Shown piece by piece: positions 53,936-63,306 of a DNA stretch of 64,000 nt (positions within the stretch are counted from its first letter, which is position 1; the number at the start of each line of letters is the position of its first letter). The DNA comes from an uncultured Planctomycetales bacterium (GTDB lineage Bacteria; Planctomycetota; Phycisphaerae; UBA1845; PWPN01). Below the pieces are notes generated by a model. That model saw only the letters and a list, made by a program, of their open reading frames with translations, ran no database searches and had not been told where the DNA came from. Made by a program: the position numbers and the translations under genes. Location of the stretch: positions 19,893 through 83,892 of the forward strand of contig CAZPIO010000008.1 in the NCBI GenBank assembly GCA_964586235.1, written 5' to 3'.

Positions 53936-56056
53936 ATGCCTTTCTGCAGAATCGTGCTCCTTGCGCACCTGGCCCTGATGACCGTGCCGTCGCTTGCCGC
54001 TCAGTCGGCCCCTTCTTCCGTTCCCGAACAGTTTCCGAGATTCGTTGTGCCGGGCCACGACAAGGAAATGGACAGCCTGCGGCGGCTGTTCTGGTTGCAC
54101 TACCGGCCGGCTGGCCCGTTGATCACATTGTGGGACGAGTGGATGCCGATGTCGACGCTGTGGCCGGCCATGGGCGCCGGGCGTGAAATGGAGTCGATGC
54201 GTCTCCGCTGGGCGGCGGCACTGGCCAGTCGTGGGGTGAACAACGAGGGTTACGTCCACACGCACCAGCACGATGGCCCGGCTCACGCCGAGGGCTGGCC
54301 GTTCCCCCTCTGGATGCAGGCCGGAGGGATCGGCTGGCATTTTCGCGGCACGGGCGTGTCGGGATACGACGCGCCGCCGGCCACCCCCGACGGATGGACG
54401 CTCACAGGGGCGACCAGCGGCGGTGTAAATGAAAAGGGCTGGGTCGTCGACCTGACTGCCGCCCGCTCCACCGCCCAGACACCCCCGTTCGCTGTCGAGG
54501 CGAGAATCGCCCCCTGGCTCCGGCTGAACTGGTGGGCCGGCGGACTGGCAGGCGCCAACTGTTACGTTGAGTGGACGACAAAGGACCAGCCGGACTACTC
54601 ACTCGAGCGCCGATGCTATTTCACACCGGCGATCGGCCGCGACAAGGCACAAACGCACCTGCCCATGGGAGGCGACGACGGAGCACTCAAGACCGACGCC
54701 GTCGAGACCCGGACCATGATCCCGGTATGCCGCCTGCCGGCCTGGAAGGGAACCATCACCGGTCTGCGAATCGGCTTCGACAACCCGGGGCCCGCGAAAC
54801 TGGTCATCAAGTCCTTTCACACGGCCTGCGACACGCGTCACAACATCAATAACTCCAACTTCATTCGCGGCTGCCACGATCATTTCCTGTGGTCCCTCGA
54901 CTACACATTCCTGCGCGATCAGATCGGCAGGTTGCGCAGCGCGATGCGGTTCATGATGCGCGAGTTCGACACGCGCAACCGCAAGTGCATTTACACAACC
55001 TGGCCCGGCCACGAAGGCCGCAGCGGCGTGCGGTATGTCGACGGCAAGAAGGTTGTGGTCGCCGGCGAAGGCATCGGCAGCAACTACTGGGACCTGCTGC
55101 CCTTCGGCGGCGAGGATGCGCTCGCGACGATCTACTACTACGACACCCTGCTGGATCTGGCGAACCTGGAAGAACTGATCGCCGCTCATCCCGGGTGGAA
55201 CATCGCCACCGGCGCCGACGCTTTTGACCCGGCGGATCTGCGCCGCCATGCACAGGAGGTGAAGAGCTACGGCACCAGGCGGTTCTGGAACGAGAAGACC
55301 GGCCGTTTCGGCACCGTTGACCTCGACGGCCGGATGCACGATTACGGCTGGACGTTCCTCAACAACGAAGCCATCTACTACGACTTCGCCACGCCCGAAC
55401 AAGCCCGGTCCATCCGCGACTGGATCAGCGGACACCGCAGCGTCGCAGGTGATACCTCACAGGGACCGGATATCTACCACTGGCGTTTCGGCCCCCGCTC
55501 ATCCACGTTGCGCAATCTCGACTACTACTTCTGGGGCTGGTCGAATCCGGAATCGGTCCCTTGGGGCAACCAGGTGCAGGATGGCGGCGGCGTGCTCGGC
55601 TGGTCCTATCACGACCTGATGACCCGCCTGCTGGTCGACGGGCCCGACGACGCCTGGCGGCGGCTGCGGGAAATCCTCGTGTGGTTCGACGAGACCCAGG
55701 CGGCGGGCGGCTATCGCGCCTACTACAGCGACCCGGCCAAGGGCACTCTGCAAGGCGGCAATGTCCCCGGCGGCCTTGGTCTGGACAGGGAGTTCTTCGA
55801 GTCTATCCTGGTACCCCAGGTGATGCTCTATGGGTTCATGGGGTTCAGGCCGACGGCCGAGGGATGCGAGGTTGCGCCCCGATTCCCGGCCGACTGGCCC
55901 TCGCTGACCATCACCCAAATCCACCTGCACGACCATCTGCTGGACATCACGGCAAAGCCCAACGCGTTGCAGGTAACCGATCACGACACAGGCGGTAGCC
56001 CGTTGCGGATTAAGGCCCCGCCCGGCTGGACGGTGACCAGGAGCAATGCCCGTTGA
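53936..56056 (+). CDS. Secreted putative glycoside hydrolase, (alpha/alpha)6-barrel-like
   Basis: Signal peptide 'MPFCRIVLLAHLALMTVPSLAAQ' with a GGAGAC SD. 'NYWDLLPFGGEDALATIYYYDTLLDLANLEEL' resembles the catalytic-barrel helices of rhamnosidase/trehalase-like six-hairpin enzymes, and a similar block occurs in the 59855-62482 protein. The functional call is tentative. Confidence 0.5.
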   Translation: MPFCRIVLLAHLALMTVPSLAAQSAPSSVPEQFPRFVVPGHDKEMDSLRRLFWLHYRPAGPLITLWDEWMPMSTLWPAMGAGREMESMRLRWAAALASRGVNNEGYVHTHQHDGPAHAEGWPFPLWMQAGGIGWHFRGTGVSGYDAPPATPDGWTLTGATSGGVNEKGWVVDLTAARSTAQTPPFAVEARIAPWLRLNWWAGGLAGANCYVEWTTKDQPDYSLERRCYFTPAIGRDKAQTHLPMGGDDGALKTDAVETRTMIPVCRLPAWKGTITGLRIGFDNPGPAKLVIKSFHTACDTRHNINNSNFIRGCHDHFLWSLDYTFLRDQIGRLRSAMRFMMREFDTRNRKCIYTTWPGHEGRSGVRYVDGKKVVVAGEGIGSNYWDLLPFGGEDALATIYYYDTLLDLANLEELIAAHPGWNIATGADAFDPADLRRHAQEVKSYGTRRFWNEKTGRFGTVDLDGRMHDYGWTFLNNEAIYYDFATPEQARSIRDWISGHRSVAGDTSQGPDIYHWRFGPRSSTLRNLDYYFWGWSNPESVPWGNQVQDGGGVLGWSYHDLMTRLLVDGPDDAWRRLREILVWFDETQAAGGYRAYYSDPAKGTLQGGNVPGGLGLDREFFESILVPQVMLYGFMGFRPTAEGCEVAPRFPADWPSLTITQIHLHDHLLDITAKPNALQVTDHDTGGSPLRIKAPPGWTVTRSNAR

Positions 56057-56160
56057 GTATCAGATGCAGCGTGCGGCACCCCGGAGAATCGATATCAGCA
56101 GAGGAACGTGGAGTCACCCCCCGGGCGCAGAGAAGTGCTGAACCAGTAAGGGGATTGTCT

Positions 56161-57732
56161 ATGAAACGTCCTGTAATCGTCCTTTGCGCCGTGTCGGCGA
56201 TCATCTCGTCGGCCGGGTCCCTCGCGACTGCGGCATCCGCGGCTGAGATCACCAAGCCGGAGAAAAGGAAAAACATCTGCCTGATCCAGTTTGACAGTTG
56301 GGACGGACGGGTCCTGGGCAGCATGGGGCACGCGGTGGTGAAGAACGCCACGCCCAACTGTGACCGCCTCGCCGGGCAGGGCGTGCTGTTTCGCAACGCC
56401 TATTGCAGTCATCCCATCTGCTGTCCTTCGCGAGCCAATATGTGGGCCGGCAAATACACCCATCACCTCGAAAGCTGGAACAACTACAAAGGGCTGGAGC
56501 CGGGCGTGCCGACCTTCAAGGACCTCCTCGAAAAAACCGGCTATCGTTTCGCCTCGGATGAGGGCGGGATCGGCAAGCACGACTATCGCAGCGGGGGGCA
56601 CAGCCAGTTGGCCCGCATCACCGCCTGGGCCGGGACGGCGAATATCGCCCTTCCGTTCTTCCGGCCCGAGGCCCCCAGGATCATCGAGAGCCAGGAGAAG
56701 AGGGTTCATCGGTCCGATTGGGAGCGGGTGGACGAGGCGTGCACATGGCTGACACAGAACGCTCGCGGCGAGCGGCCCTTCTTCCTCTACGTCTCGATGG
56801 GAATTCCCCATCCCGCTTTCGTGACCTCGCGGTACTGGCTTTCGCGGATCAACATGGACGCGGTGACCCTCCCGCCGGCCGACGACGAAGACCACCCCGT
56901 CATGCAGTTTCAGCGCACCGGCAAGAACTGGCAGCACGGTTTTGACGATGACACCGTTCGCAAGACCCGGGCCATCTACTACGCGATGTGCGCGGAGGCC
57001 GATGCGATGGTCGGGCGGTTGCTGGACAAGCTCGATGAACTGAGGCTCGACGACGAGACCTACGTCATCCTGATCAGCGACCACGGCGAAAACAACATGG
57101 AGCATCGCCAGTGGTACAAGATGAACATGTACGAATCATCCGTGCGCGTGCCAATGATCGTAGCCGGCCCGGGCCTTCTGAAGGGTACGACCATCGACAA
57201 CATCGTTTCGCTGATCGATCTCTATCCCACCCTCATGGACATGGGCCAGACCGCCGGGCCGGATGACCTCGACGGCGAATCCTTGATGCCGCTGCTGACC
57301 GGCCGAACAACCAGGAGCCGGAACTGGGCTCTGACGCTCTTCACCGGATGCAGCGCGAACACGTCAATGTTCATGCTCCGCCAGGGGGATTGGAAATACG
57401 TGGCCTATCCCGGCTACAAACCCCAGTTGTTTAACCTGAAGGACGACCCCGACGAGGTGCACAACCTGGCCGGCCGGCGGGCCGAAGTGACCGGCAACAT
57501 GGACCGTCAACTGCGTTCGATCGTGGACTACGAGGAGGTTCACGGCCGCTGGGTTCGCTACTGCAAGTCGGCGTTCAGGCAATGGCGCGAGCAGATTAAG
57601 GCGCACCCCGTTCACCTGAAGGAATACGGCAGCGACATCCCCGCCGCCACTTACGAACAGATCATGGCGAATACCTACATCGGCTGGAACGACGATTGGG
57701 CAAAAAAGATTGACGACTGGCTCGCCCAGTAG
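56161..57732 (+). CDS. Sulfatase (formylglycine-dependent arylsulfatase family)
   Basis: Signal peptide 'MKRPVIVLCAVSAIISSAGSLATAASA'. Active-site 'CCPSRANMWAGKY' (C-x-P-x-R). 'ISDHGE' metal-binding block. Confidence 0.9.
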   Translation: MKRPVIVLCAVSAIISSAGSLATAASAAEITKPEKRKNICLIQFDSWDGRVLGSMGHAVVKNATPNCDRLAGQGVLFRNAYCSHPICCPSRANMWAGKYTHHLESWNNYKGLEPGVPTFKDLLEKTGYRFASDEGGIGKHDYRSGGHSQLARITAWAGTANIALPFFRPEAPRIIESQEKRVHRSDWERVDEACTWLTQNARGERPFFLYVSMGIPHPAFVTSRYWLSRINMDAVTLPPADDEDHPVMQFQRTGKNWQHGFDDDTVRKTRAIYYAMCAEADAMVGRLLDKLDELRLDDETYVILISDHGENNMEHRQWYKMNMYESSVRVPMIVAGPGLLKGTTIDNIVSLIDLYPTLMDMGQTAGPDDLDGESLMPLLTGRTTRSRNWALTLFTGCSANTSMFMLRQGDWKYVAYPGYKPQLFNLKDDPDEVHNLAGRRAEVTGNMDRQLRSIVDYEEVHGRWVRYCKSAFRQWREQIKAHPVHLKEYGSDIPAATYEQIMANTYIGWNDDWAKKIDDWLAQ

Positions 57733-57953
57733 CCGTCGCCCCGGATCAAACTGCAAACGGACTCCAGCGAACGGTTGCCGGCTCTGTCCGTTCGACATAT
57801 GCTGCTCATGCGCCTGTGGGCCTCAGAAAACGAGCGGCCAAGAAGGAGCATCATCGCGCCCGAACCAGACAAGGCTCGAATGCCCCAAGCCCGAGCAGTG
57901 AATTCAACGGCTCGGCAGGCACCACCATCACACATTGATTGAAGGAGACGACA

Positions 57954-59516
57954 ATGAGGCATCGAAAATGGTCACGCATCTGCCTGTGCTTCATGATGGG
58001 CTTGGGCTGCCTGGGCTGCGCCGCCCGGAACTCCTCCACGCCGATCGATGTCGGTTCACGCAAACAACTATTTGTCGACGATCGGTTCATCGCATCCAGC
58101 CGGGGCGTGCAACTCACCATGAACCCGCCGGTCAAGATGAACGAGCCCGTTCTCGCCAACTACATCCCTTGGGAAGGCGAGGAGGGCGCTTCGGCCATTT
58201 CCTACTCCTCGGTCCTCAAGGATGGTAACAAGGTCCGCATCTGGGGGGCGGGCAAGGCCCTTCTGCCGGTCTGGCTCAAGGCCGACGGCCCGATCGTCGA
58301 TCTCTATGCCTACGCCGAATCCGCCGACGGCATCCACTTCACGAAACCCGATCCGAGCCTGTACCGCTACGATGAGGCGCGAGCCGAGGTCGGCAAGCAC
58401 GGCCGCACCGGCGGCGTATCGGTCTGGTTCGACCCCCAGGCACCGCCCTCACAGCGATACAAGACGCAGGCGAAGTTCTATCCGCCCGGAGCCACCGCTC
58501 AATTCCATATCTGTGCCTCGCCGGATGGGTATCGTTGGACGCTCCTCACCAAACCCGCCATTAAGGAAATGGACACCCAGAGCGTTGCCTTCTGGGATGA
58601 AAGCATCCGGAAGTATGTCCTCTATACGCGCAAGAACCCACGCCGCCACACGCCTCAGCGGTACCGGGTCGTCCGCCGGTTTGAGTCCGTCGATCTCCTG
58701 GACTGGCAGAACGAGGTTTTTGTGATGCAGGCGGACGAGATCGACAAGTCGATCTACGTGTCTCCGACGCCCCAACCGCCTGTGGATTACTATGGGGCAG
58801 CGGTCTTCAAATACCCGGCAGACTCCCCTGACGGCGTGTACATCATGCTCGCTCAAGCCTTCTGGCACTGGCAACGCCGGCCGCTCGAGCAACGGCGAGG
58901 GGGCCATCCGGATCACAAGTTCGAATTCGAGGTTCTGGCCCCGGCCACATTGGATGTCCGGCTGGCAGTGAGCCGGGACGGCGTTCACTTTCAGCGGGTC
59001 GGCGGCAGAAAGTCGTTCATCAGCCTCGGCATGGAGGGCACCTTCTCCGCCAAGCGAACCTGGGCGCTGCCGAACCCGATCCGCATGGGCAGCGAGCTAT
59101 GGATCTACTACTTTGGGGAAAACCGCGACCACGACGGTTTTATCGATCCCGTCGCATCCAGGTACTTGTGCGGGATTGACAGGGCGATCCTGCGGCTCGA
59201 CGGGTTCGTGTCGGCCGACGCCGATTACGCAGGCGGCGAACTGGTGACTCCGCTGATCACCTTCCAGGGTCGGCGTCTGGAGCTCAACCTCGACGCCGGC
59301 GCGGGAGGCAGTGCCCGCGTCGAGCTGCTGGACCGGCAGGGTCGGCCGATCAGCGGATATACCCGTGAAGATGCGTCGCCCCTCTACGGCAACTCGGTTC
59401 GCATGCCGGTAAGCTGGCGCAGCGGAACCGACCTCCAGTCGTTGGCGGGCAAGCCCATCCGTGTCCGCTTCCTGATGCGCGACTGCAAGCTGTACGCTTT
59501 CCAGTTCGTGAACTGA
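57954..59516 (+). CDS. Secreted lipoprotein, possible beta-propeller glycoside hydrolase-like protein
   Basis: Lipobox-like 'CFMMGLGCLGCAA' and an AAGGAG SD before the ATG at 57954. 'KQLFVDDRFI' and 'GSELWIYYFGENRDHDG' recall 5-bladed propeller GH-like families. No catalytic motif is securely recognised. Confidence 0.45.
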   Translation: MRHRKWSRICLCFMMGLGCLGCAARNSSTPIDVGSRKQLFVDDRFIASSRGVQLTMNPPVKMNEPVLANYIPWEGEEGASAISYSSVLKDGNKVRIWGAGKALLPVWLKADGPIVDLYAYAESADGIHFTKPDPSLYRYDEARAEVGKHGRTGGVSVWFDPQAPPSQRYKTQAKFYPPGATAQFHICASPDGYRWTLLTKPAIKEMDTQSVAFWDESIRKYVLYTRKNPRRHTPQRYRVVRRFESVDLLDWQNEVFVMQADEIDKSIYVSPTPQPPVDYYGAAVFKYPADSPDGVYIMLAQAFWHWQRRPLEQRRGGHPDHKFEFEVLAPATLDVRLAVSRDGVHFQRVGGRKSFISLGMEGTFSAKRTWALPNPIRMGSELWIYYFGENRDHDGFIDPVASRYLCGIDRAILRLDGFVSADADYAGGELVTPLITFQGRRLELNLDAGAGGSARVELLDRQGRPISGYTREDASPLYGNSVRMPVSWRSGTDLQSLAGKPIRVRFLMRDCKLYAFQFVN

Positions 59517-59569
59517 ACGGTTGGCCTTCGCGGTGCCTGGCAGGCACTCGGTGGTCAATGACGCAGGCC

Positions 59570-59695
59570 CATGGACCATTCGTAAAATCGGCAGGAGCGG
59601 TCACTTATGTTATGACCACTCCTGTCGCCCGAAGGCAGCTTCAGCCGCCAGACCCCAGGAGGACTCGAACTGCTGTCTCCAGGATGAGAACCTGA
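59570..59695 (-). repeat. Copy 1 of a ~125-nt repeat: tRNA-like 3' half (degenerate T-arm) plus 7-bp hairpin plus terminator-like hairpin
   Basis: Aligns by eye with 63008-63132 ('ccat.cgtaaaa...aggagcgg.cacttatg..acc.ctcctgtcgcccgaaggcagcttc.gccgcc.ga..cccca.g.ggactcgaac..c.gtctccaggatgagaacctga'). The hairpin at 59594-59622 has one mismatch and, read on the minus strand, a weak T-run. Confidence 0.6.
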
Positions 59696-59854
59696 CCGAG
59701 GCCATCAGTAAGGCTTTCAACCGCAAGACTTGCGAACACGCGGGCGATTTCTTTGTGGATTTCTTGGTGTCCATGGAGAAGGCATGTCCTGATCTGGTTG
59801 CAGTCATCAGTACTCGAAATCGCTAACATGTGGTCAAAACGGGAGCACACAAAA

Positions 59855-62482
59855 ATGAACTGGCGAATCCTGCAGATGACATGGCTCTGTGGCGGCGTTT
59901 GTGCCTGCGGCCCGGTTGCTCCGGTTTCAGCCCAAGAAGCGGCCGTCAATCCGACGGAACAGAACGTTGCCTTGGCGTCGGTGGGTGCTGTCGCGGTGGC
60001 TGATTCCGAGTACGCCGGGTCGGTGTATCAGCGTCCAGGCGGGACAGTCAGGCAGATCAACGACGGCGTGTGGCCCGAGCCCGGCAAATCGTCACCCTCG
60101 AATCGATGGGTGGCCTCGATCTCCGATCCGCATCCTCATTGGGTCTGGATTCGCTTCCGCAAGCCGGCACGGATCACCCGCGTGGTGCTCCACGGTGTCG
60201 ATCTGACCACGCCCCCAGTCGATTTTGTCGGCCAGTACAGCCCGAACGGCGGCCTCGAGGTGCGGAACCTGTTCAAGGCCACCGGCAGCCGGATGAATGC
60301 GGATACTCTGACCACGGAGCAGTCTTTCCCGCCCGTTGTCACCGACAATTTCCGCCTGTTCATCGGGAAGTCGGCGGACGTCAAGCACTCTGATGAGACC
60401 GAGCTCTCCGAGATAGAGGTCTTTGGCCACTTTGTCTCGGCGGCAACCCAGCCCTCCCCCGCTACGAAAGCACAACAACCGCTTAAAGCAATCCTCCAGC
60501 CGACGACGCAGCCGTTCAGGTTCTTTCGGACCAGGCGAACCGAACGGGAAATCGAATTCAGCTCGCGATGGCTTCGTGTGGTGATGGCCGCGGACCGACC
60601 ACAGATCGTCGCCCTCTGCTGGGACAGTCTCGGCGAGGGGAAACTGGATCTGAATCTGCTCAAGCCCGGGACCGAGGGCGGCGGGCGGCTGTGCAGTGCC
60701 CCGCTCTTCTCCCAGGTCATGTTCGCACAGAAGGCCGAGGTCGAGTGCGAGGGCAACGTCGTCCGTTATCTGACGGATCTGGCCGACGGTCTGCCCGCTC
60801 GCTGGGAGGTGCGAGTAGAGGAGAAGTCGATACGGATGGCCGTCAGTTGGTCGGCCGCCGACGAAACGGCATTTCGCATACCCCCCGCCGTGTCCTTCGC
60901 CTTCGATGTGAGCCGTACGCCGACGGCTCCGCTGGCCAACCCGCGGCCGGGCCTTTCGGCACCCCTGCCCTGCCTGCTTCATGCTGCTGACCAAGGCAGC
61001 CTCTTGATGCGACGTCCCGATGGCGGGTTGTCCTCTCTGAAGGGTCGTCGCTCTGCGGCCCCGAAACAATGGGATGCTTGTATCGTCGAGGAGGCCGGCC
61101 GTCGTTCGGCCGATGGGCTCTACATTCTGCCTGTAGGACCGCGCGGTTGGGAACTGGCCGCTTCGGTGGAGGGTGTCACACCGCTTGCGACCCTGGCTGG
61201 CGAGGATGCCCGTCTGCGAGGTCTGCCACGTCATTGGCTGAACGTCTTCCAATACCGCGACGACATCGGGATCCTCAGCAACAACATCATCAGCGCCAAT
61301 GCCCTCAGTTCCTGTCTGCTCTCGTTCATCGAACCCGTGGTGTTCACCCCACCGCTTCCAGGGGGCGTGGAGGCCGTTCAACCGGCCCGCGAAACCCTCG
61401 ACCGATACATTGCCGGGGCTCGCGGTTACGGAACCGAAGGTGACCAGCCCTGGATCTTTCTCGATTCATACCCGTCCTTGCTGATCGCCGCCTGGGACGT
61501 GATCCGGGTGACCGGAGACCTGGAGTTGCTCGGCAAATGGCTGCCGAGCCTGGAGCAATATGCTGCACACATCAAGAAGCAGGACCGTGACGGCAACGGG
61601 GTGCCGGAGGGGATCAAGCCGGGTAGGTCAGGCGTGGTCCACTGTCCGAATACCAACTGGTTTGACCAGATCAATTTCGGGCACGAGGATGCCTACTCAG
61701 CGGCGCTCACCTACAAAGCACTGCACGATCTGGCTGACCTTGAGCGGCTGGCGAACAGGCCGCAGCAGGCCAATGATTACCAGCGCGACGCGGAGAAACT
61801 GCGCGCCGTCTACCTGCGGAATTTCTTCAACCCCCAGACAGGGATCATCGCTGGGTGGAAAGACGCTGACGGGAAGCTGCACGATTACTGGTTCGTGTTC
61901 GTCAACGGCGCGGCTGTCACCTATAGGCTCGTCCCGACCGACAAGGCGAATGAAATCGTGGACCGGATCGAAGCGAAGATGCGCGAGGTCGGGTTCGATC
62001 GCTTCGATTTGGGCTTGCCGGGCAATCTGGTGCCGATTCGCAAAGCCGATTACGGCGTCAACACCCTCGGTACCCCTCGCGAAGAAGACGGGAGCGACAG
62101 CTACGGCGTCTTCGAGAACGGCGGGGCCACTGCGGCCATGGCCTACTTCTATATTCAGGCCCTCTATCAGCTCGGTCGGCGTCAGGAGGCTGACCGCATT
62201 CTCTGGCCGATGATGAAGACCTATGCCGCTGGCGGTTTTCAGAACGGTATCGAACCGGGCTGGGAGATCGGTGGTGAATGGCGCCACTGGAACGGCACCC
62301 CCTCCGGCTATGAAGGGTTCCTGGCGGATTGCTACTACACCCAGTTGGCCCTCGTGACCGGCTACTACGGAATCGGCTTCGGGCCCGATGGTTTCCATCT
62401 CGAACCCTGGTCACCGCACAAGGGCAAGACGATTCGGCTCGGGTTGCGGTACATGGGCCGGATCGTCGAGGAAATCCGTTGA
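59855..62482 (+). CDS. Secreted protein with N-terminal F5/8 type C (discoidin/CBM32-like) domain and (alpha/alpha)6-barrel glycoside-hydrolase-like domain
   Basis: Signal peptide 'MNWRILQMTWLCGGVCACGPVAPVSAQEA'. 'NRWVASISDPHPHWVWIRFRKPARITRVVLHG...PVDFVGQYSPNGG' is discoidin-like. 'NWFDQINFGHEDAYSAALTYKALHDLADLERL' and 'ENGGATAAMAYFYIQALYQLGR' are six-hairpin-like blocks. Confidence 0.6.
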   Translation: MNWRILQMTWLCGGVCACGPVAPVSAQEAAVNPTEQNVALASVGAVAVADSEYAGSVYQRPGGTVRQINDGVWPEPGKSSPSNRWVASISDPHPHWVWIRFRKPARITRVVLHGVDLTTPPVDFVGQYSPNGGLEVRNLFKATGSRMNADTLTTEQSFPPVVTDNFRLFIGKSADVKHSDETELSEIEVFGHFVSAATQPSPATKAQQPLKAILQPTTQPFRFFRTRRTEREIEFSSRWLRVVMAADRPQIVALCWDSLGEGKLDLNLLKPGTEGGGRLCSAPLFSQVMFAQKAEVECEGNVVRYLTDLADGLPARWEVRVEEKSIRMAVSWSAADETAFRIPPAVSFAFDVSRTPTAPLANPRPGLSAPLPCLLHAADQGSLLMRRPDGGLSSLKGRRSAAPKQWDACIVEEAGRRSADGLYILPVGPRGWELAASVEGVTPLATLAGEDARLRGLPRHWLNVFQYRDDIGILSNNIISANALSSCLLSFIEPVVFTPPLPGGVEAVQPARETLDRYIAGARGYGTEGDQPWIFLDSYPSLLIAAWDVIRVTGDLELLGKWLPSLEQYAAHIKKQDRDGNGVPEGIKPGRSGVVHCPNTNWFDQINFGHEDAYSAALTYKALHDLADLERLANRPQQANDYQRDAEKLRAVYLRNFFNPQTGIIAGWKDADGKLHDYWFVFVNGAAVTYRLVPTDKANEIVDRIEAKMREVGFDRFDLGLPGNLVPIRKADYGVNTLGTPREEDGSDSYGVFENGGATAAMAYFYIQALYQLGRRQEADRILWPMMKTYAAGGFQNGIEPGWEIGGEWRHWNGTPSGYEGFLADCYYTQLALVTGYYGIGFGPDGFHLEPWSPHKGKTIRLGLRYMGRIVEEIR

Positions 62483-62608
62483 GAGGGACGAGAGGTTGCT
62501 GGGTATTGTGGGTGGCCACGCCCTGATGAAATCGGGGTGCCGCCATGTCTGCCGGCCACGGGGATCCCCGCCTGTTCTCCCTCACATCATTGGCCCCGGT
62601 CCCATGGC

Positions 62609-62986
62609 TCAGAGTTGATTCATGAGTTGCTGTTCATGAGGCCGCTGCGGCTCTGGCTGTGGCTGCTCAAGCGGAGCCTGCATCTGATCCGTGTACTGCT
62701 CCACACTTTGGGCCTGCTGCTCCAGGCCGCTGACCATCTCTGCGATTGGATCGGACGAGAAAAACGAATCGACAATCTGCTCCAGGGGCCCAGAATCCAC
62801 CATGTCATCCAGAGCTACCCGTTGCCCTCTCCCAGCAGCTTCAGTGTCGGCATCTTGCCGATCCATGCGCCACTGCTGCATCAGGTGCTCGAACAACCCC
62901 GGGGTCATCAGGCAGTCTTCGTATCCTGGCGGCGGCTCAGGCCACTCAACCCGTTCCGGTGGCCTGAAGCCGTCATCGGAGGGCAC
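62609..62986 (-). CDS. Small acidic Gln/Glu/Pro-rich hypothetical protein
   Basis: 125-aa ORF with a GTG start (internal ATG at 62908). No recognisable domain. It is more protein-like than the overlapping plus-strand ORF 62537-63013. Confidence 0.35.
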   Translation of the reverse strand: MPSDDGFRPPERVEWPEPPPGYEDCLMTPGLFEHLMQQWRMDRQDADTEAAGRGQRVALDDMVDSGPLEQIVDSFFSSDPIAEMVSGLEQQAQSVEQYTDQMQAPLEQPQPEPQRPHEQQLMNQL

Positions 62987-63007
62987 TCCGGAATCAACAA
63001 CTCACAG

Positions 63008-63132
63008 CCATGATCCATCCGTAAAAACAGAAGGAGCGGCCACTTATGACCGCTCCTGTCGCCCGAAGGCAGCTTCGGCCGCCGGATACCCCCAAGGGGA
63101 CTCGAACCCCTGTCTCCAGGATGAGAACCTGA
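63008..63132 (-). repeat. Copy 2 of the ~125-nt repeat: well-formed tRNA-Glu(CUC)-like 3' half plus hairpin plus intrinsic terminator
   Basis: Read on the minus strand: anticodon-arm-like 'tcagg-ttCTCat-cctgg' (63116-63132), variable 'agac', T-arm 'agggg-ttcgagt-cccct' (63095-63111), acceptor 3' strand 'tgggggt' plus 'a' (63087-63094). Then hairpin 'gccgaag-ctgc-cttcggc' and the terminator. No complementary 5' acceptor, D-arm or encoded CCA is present. Confidence 0.6.
63021..63056 (-). terminator. Rho-independent terminator (minus strand)
   Basis: Minus-strand 'ggagcgg-tcataagtgg-ccgctcc' is a perfect 7-bp GC-rich stem (63033-63056), followed by 'ttctgttttt'. Confidence 0.5.
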
Positions 63133-63284
63133 TATACGAGAACGCGGTTTTTGGCCTGTTTTCTGTAAGTCGCCCCAGAGCGACTATTTGCCACTAAGTT
63201 ACGCATTTCAAGCAACTTACGTCTTTCCTGTTGTTGCTCGTTCTTGCCAGCCGTTTCCTGTCTCAGACGGTCATTTCGGCAGAA

Positions 63285-63306
63285 ACTATGGACAGACTAT
63301 GGACAG
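63285..63306. repeat. Perfect tandem 11-mer 'actatggacag' x2
   Basis: Read directly. It lies in the unusually AT-rich, ORF-poor stretch next to repeat copy 2. Confidence 0.8.

Noticed and set aside
63087-63240. Intact tRNA-Glu, tmRNA or permuted tRNA gene on the minus strand
   Set aside because: The 3' half is tRNA-like, but no sequence complementary to the acceptor strand 'tgggggt' (r-ccccc-r) and no D-arm occurs in the ~150 nt upstream. An isolated 'gccccca' at 63623-63629 lacks a D-arm. No CCA is encoded. The acceptor cannot form the G-rich G3:U70 tmRNA stem, and I saw no tag ORF. I therefore report it only as a tRNA-like fragment or repeat.
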